Below, piece by piece: positions 62,801-64,000 of a stretch of DNA of 64,000 nucleotides. Within the stretch, counting starts at the first letter, position 1. Each line of letters begins with the position of its first letter. Made by a program: the position numbers and the translations under genes. The DNA is from Pavona decussata (Eukaryota), in assembly GCA_977016875.1 (NCBI GenBank), contig CDRNST010000109.1, positions 806,001 through 870,000 of the forward strand, read 5' to 3'. The notes under the pieces are model-generated. The model ran no database searches. It saw nothing but the letters and a program-made list of their open reading frames with translations, and was not told where the DNA came from.

Positions 62801-64000
62801 ACACACTGTTGGCATATGTCCACAAACAGATCTGTAACAAAAACAAAAACGATAGAGTAATCTCTATGCACCGTGATTTCACTGCCAAGGCACAACTTAA
62901 GTTATGTTCTTTTAACTACAGTATTCAGCGTAGGAACGAAATCCTTAACTCCAAAGTGTGATAATACAAACGATAGGTAACGTGCTGTCTTTCCTCTAAC
63001 TTTATTTACCATGCTGCACGAGACAGCTCTAACGTTTGAGCCTGTGGATGAAATCCTGACGAGTGGCCATTCAAATGAAAGACACTGAGTACAGTAGCAT
63101 AGTCTTGTGGTGCTGTCTACTATGCTGCTTTTCTGCCTTACAAGATAATTTTCATTTTTCTGTTTGTGGGTGAAATCCTAAAGTGTGACCACTCAAATTA
63201 AAGCTACTGAGCAGTACTTTCCTGTGGTGTTGTTTATTATGCTGTACAAGGTGGTTCTTACGTTAGAGTCGGTAGATGAAATCCTAAAGTGTGACCATTC
63301 AAATGAAAGCTAGTGAGCAGTACTTTCCTGTGGTGTTGTTTATTATGCTGTACAAGGTGATTCTTAAGTTAGAGTCGGAGGATGAAATCCTAAAGTACAA
63401 ATGAAAACTACTGAGCAGTACTTTCCCATGGTACTATTTTAATACGATAGAAAAGTTTTTTTGTTTCGTTTTCTTTTGTTTTGTTTTTGTTGTTTCCCTT
63501 AAAAGTCCTGCCTCTGTCACATCTATACTTCCTTATTTTTTGTTGTTTTGACTTTTGGCTATAAGTTAGTTGAGAGACTATGAGTCAGCTGAGTGTCGTA
63601 AAACCAAAGCGAAAGTCATTACACTGGCCCTTCACAATAGACGCGAACAGAGCGATAAACCAATCAGAATTCAAAGCAAATACATGGAACCAGTGCTAGA
63701 CTCGGGAAAATGCGCGCCAGCAAGTCGCGATTGGTTTTGGTTTTGCTTCTCATTGGTTGGGAAATTGCCACGAGTTTTGTTAACCAATCGCAGAGCGTAC
63801 TATTTAAGCAAAACCAAAGCAAACGCGGATTACTTTCGACGCTCAATTGAAAACTGCTCTATGTATCAATACCTTCAAAAGGTTTATTACACTTGGGTAA
63901 TGAATGTATTAATGAATGTGGAAAAAGGCACGCAACTCGAAAGCAAAAAGGATATACAACATACTGGTTTTTTTTTACCTGTAAATCCTTTAAAAACGTG
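52339..64000 (-). CDS. ATP11B: P4-ATPase phospholipid flippase, ATP11 class (IF/IG/IH), 3' half
   Basis: Exons 64000-63979, 62831-62758, 62617-62369, 61109-61050, 59889-59762, 59011-58953, 58363-58287, 57742-57677 (GC donor), 57012-56909, 55670-55484, optional 53386-53189, and terminal 52449-52339. Motifs [47 protein letters not shown] and YNIFFTSLP. The C-terminal exons are less certain. Confidence 0.93.
54215..54680. repeat. 27-bp minisatellite array, opposite orientation
   Basis: GGTGCCAAGCGCGGGAAAACATGTAAC units. Confidence 0.88.
56031..56204. mobile_element. Palindromic MITE
   Basis: AGGCCATTTCCGAGTTGCT..GAACCTCAT..GAGGCTAAGTGCAAAG / CTTTGCACTTAGCCTC..ATGAGGTTC..AGCAACTCGGAAATGGCCT. 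Confidence 0.88.
57121..57525. repeat. Degenerate ~63-bp tandem repeat (~6 units)
   Basis: Recurring TGGATG..TAGTCCATCACAGGATACCCAGCATGAAGTG..GGAGTATT..CTCCC. Confidence 0.7.
59945..60230. mobile_element. CCAATCA-rich MITE, best-preserved copy
   Basis: TAGAGCGGTTTTCAATTGAGTGTCG / CGACACTCAATTGAAAAGCGCTCTA. Confidence 0.88.
62121..62313. mobile_element. Inverted-repeat element with two opposed Penelope-type minimal hammerhead motifs (degenerate)
   Basis: Outer IR GGTTTATCAAC..GATAA / TTATC..GTTGATAAACC. Minus 62204-62174 reads CTGACGAATGGCTGACGTTCGAAACGTCAGC; plus 62234-62267 reads GCTCTCACCAAGGGCTAACGCTCGAAATGTCAGC. Confidence 0.65.
62935..63440 (+). repeat. 106-bp tandem repeat array (~4-5 units)
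   Basis: Same unit as 44355-45140. Confidence 0.9.
63587..63861. mobile_element. CCAATCA-rich MITE family copy
   Basis: GAGTGTCGTAAAACCAAA..ACTTTCGACGCTCAATTGAAAACTGCTCTA. Confidence 0.8.

Overview
AT-rich, intron-rich animal genomic DNA. The repeat families look like those of stony corals/cnidarians, but that taxon is an inference. Exons were assembled by hand from splice sites with phase checks. Five protein-coding genes are supported. (1) The 5' part of eIF4E2/4EHP (minus strand, 5 exons), with a BEL/Pao LTR retrotransposon end lying antisense in its fifth intron. (2) A complete 9-exon S28 serine peptidase (PRSS16/K12H4.7-like, 508 aa), head-to-head with eIF4E2 across 321 bp. (3) and (4) A tandem pair of RDH8/HSD17B1-like SDR genes with identical exon structure. 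One is canonical. The other has an intact ORF but has lost the cofactor-binding and catalytic motifs and gained an N-myristoylation plus polybasic N-terminus, making it a candidate membrane-tethered pseudoenzyme. (5) The 3' half of an ATP11-type P4-ATPase flippase, with a GC-AG intron and several candidate alternative C-terminal exons. The rest is dense in repeats: many MITEs, tRNA-derived SINEs, L2/CR1 LINE ends, a Helentron-type (HINE) element, an Academ-like element with a RecQ helicase remnant, a Penelope-type inverted hammerhead pair, and 27-bp and 106-bp tandem repeats. Most ORFs in the supplied track are spurious.
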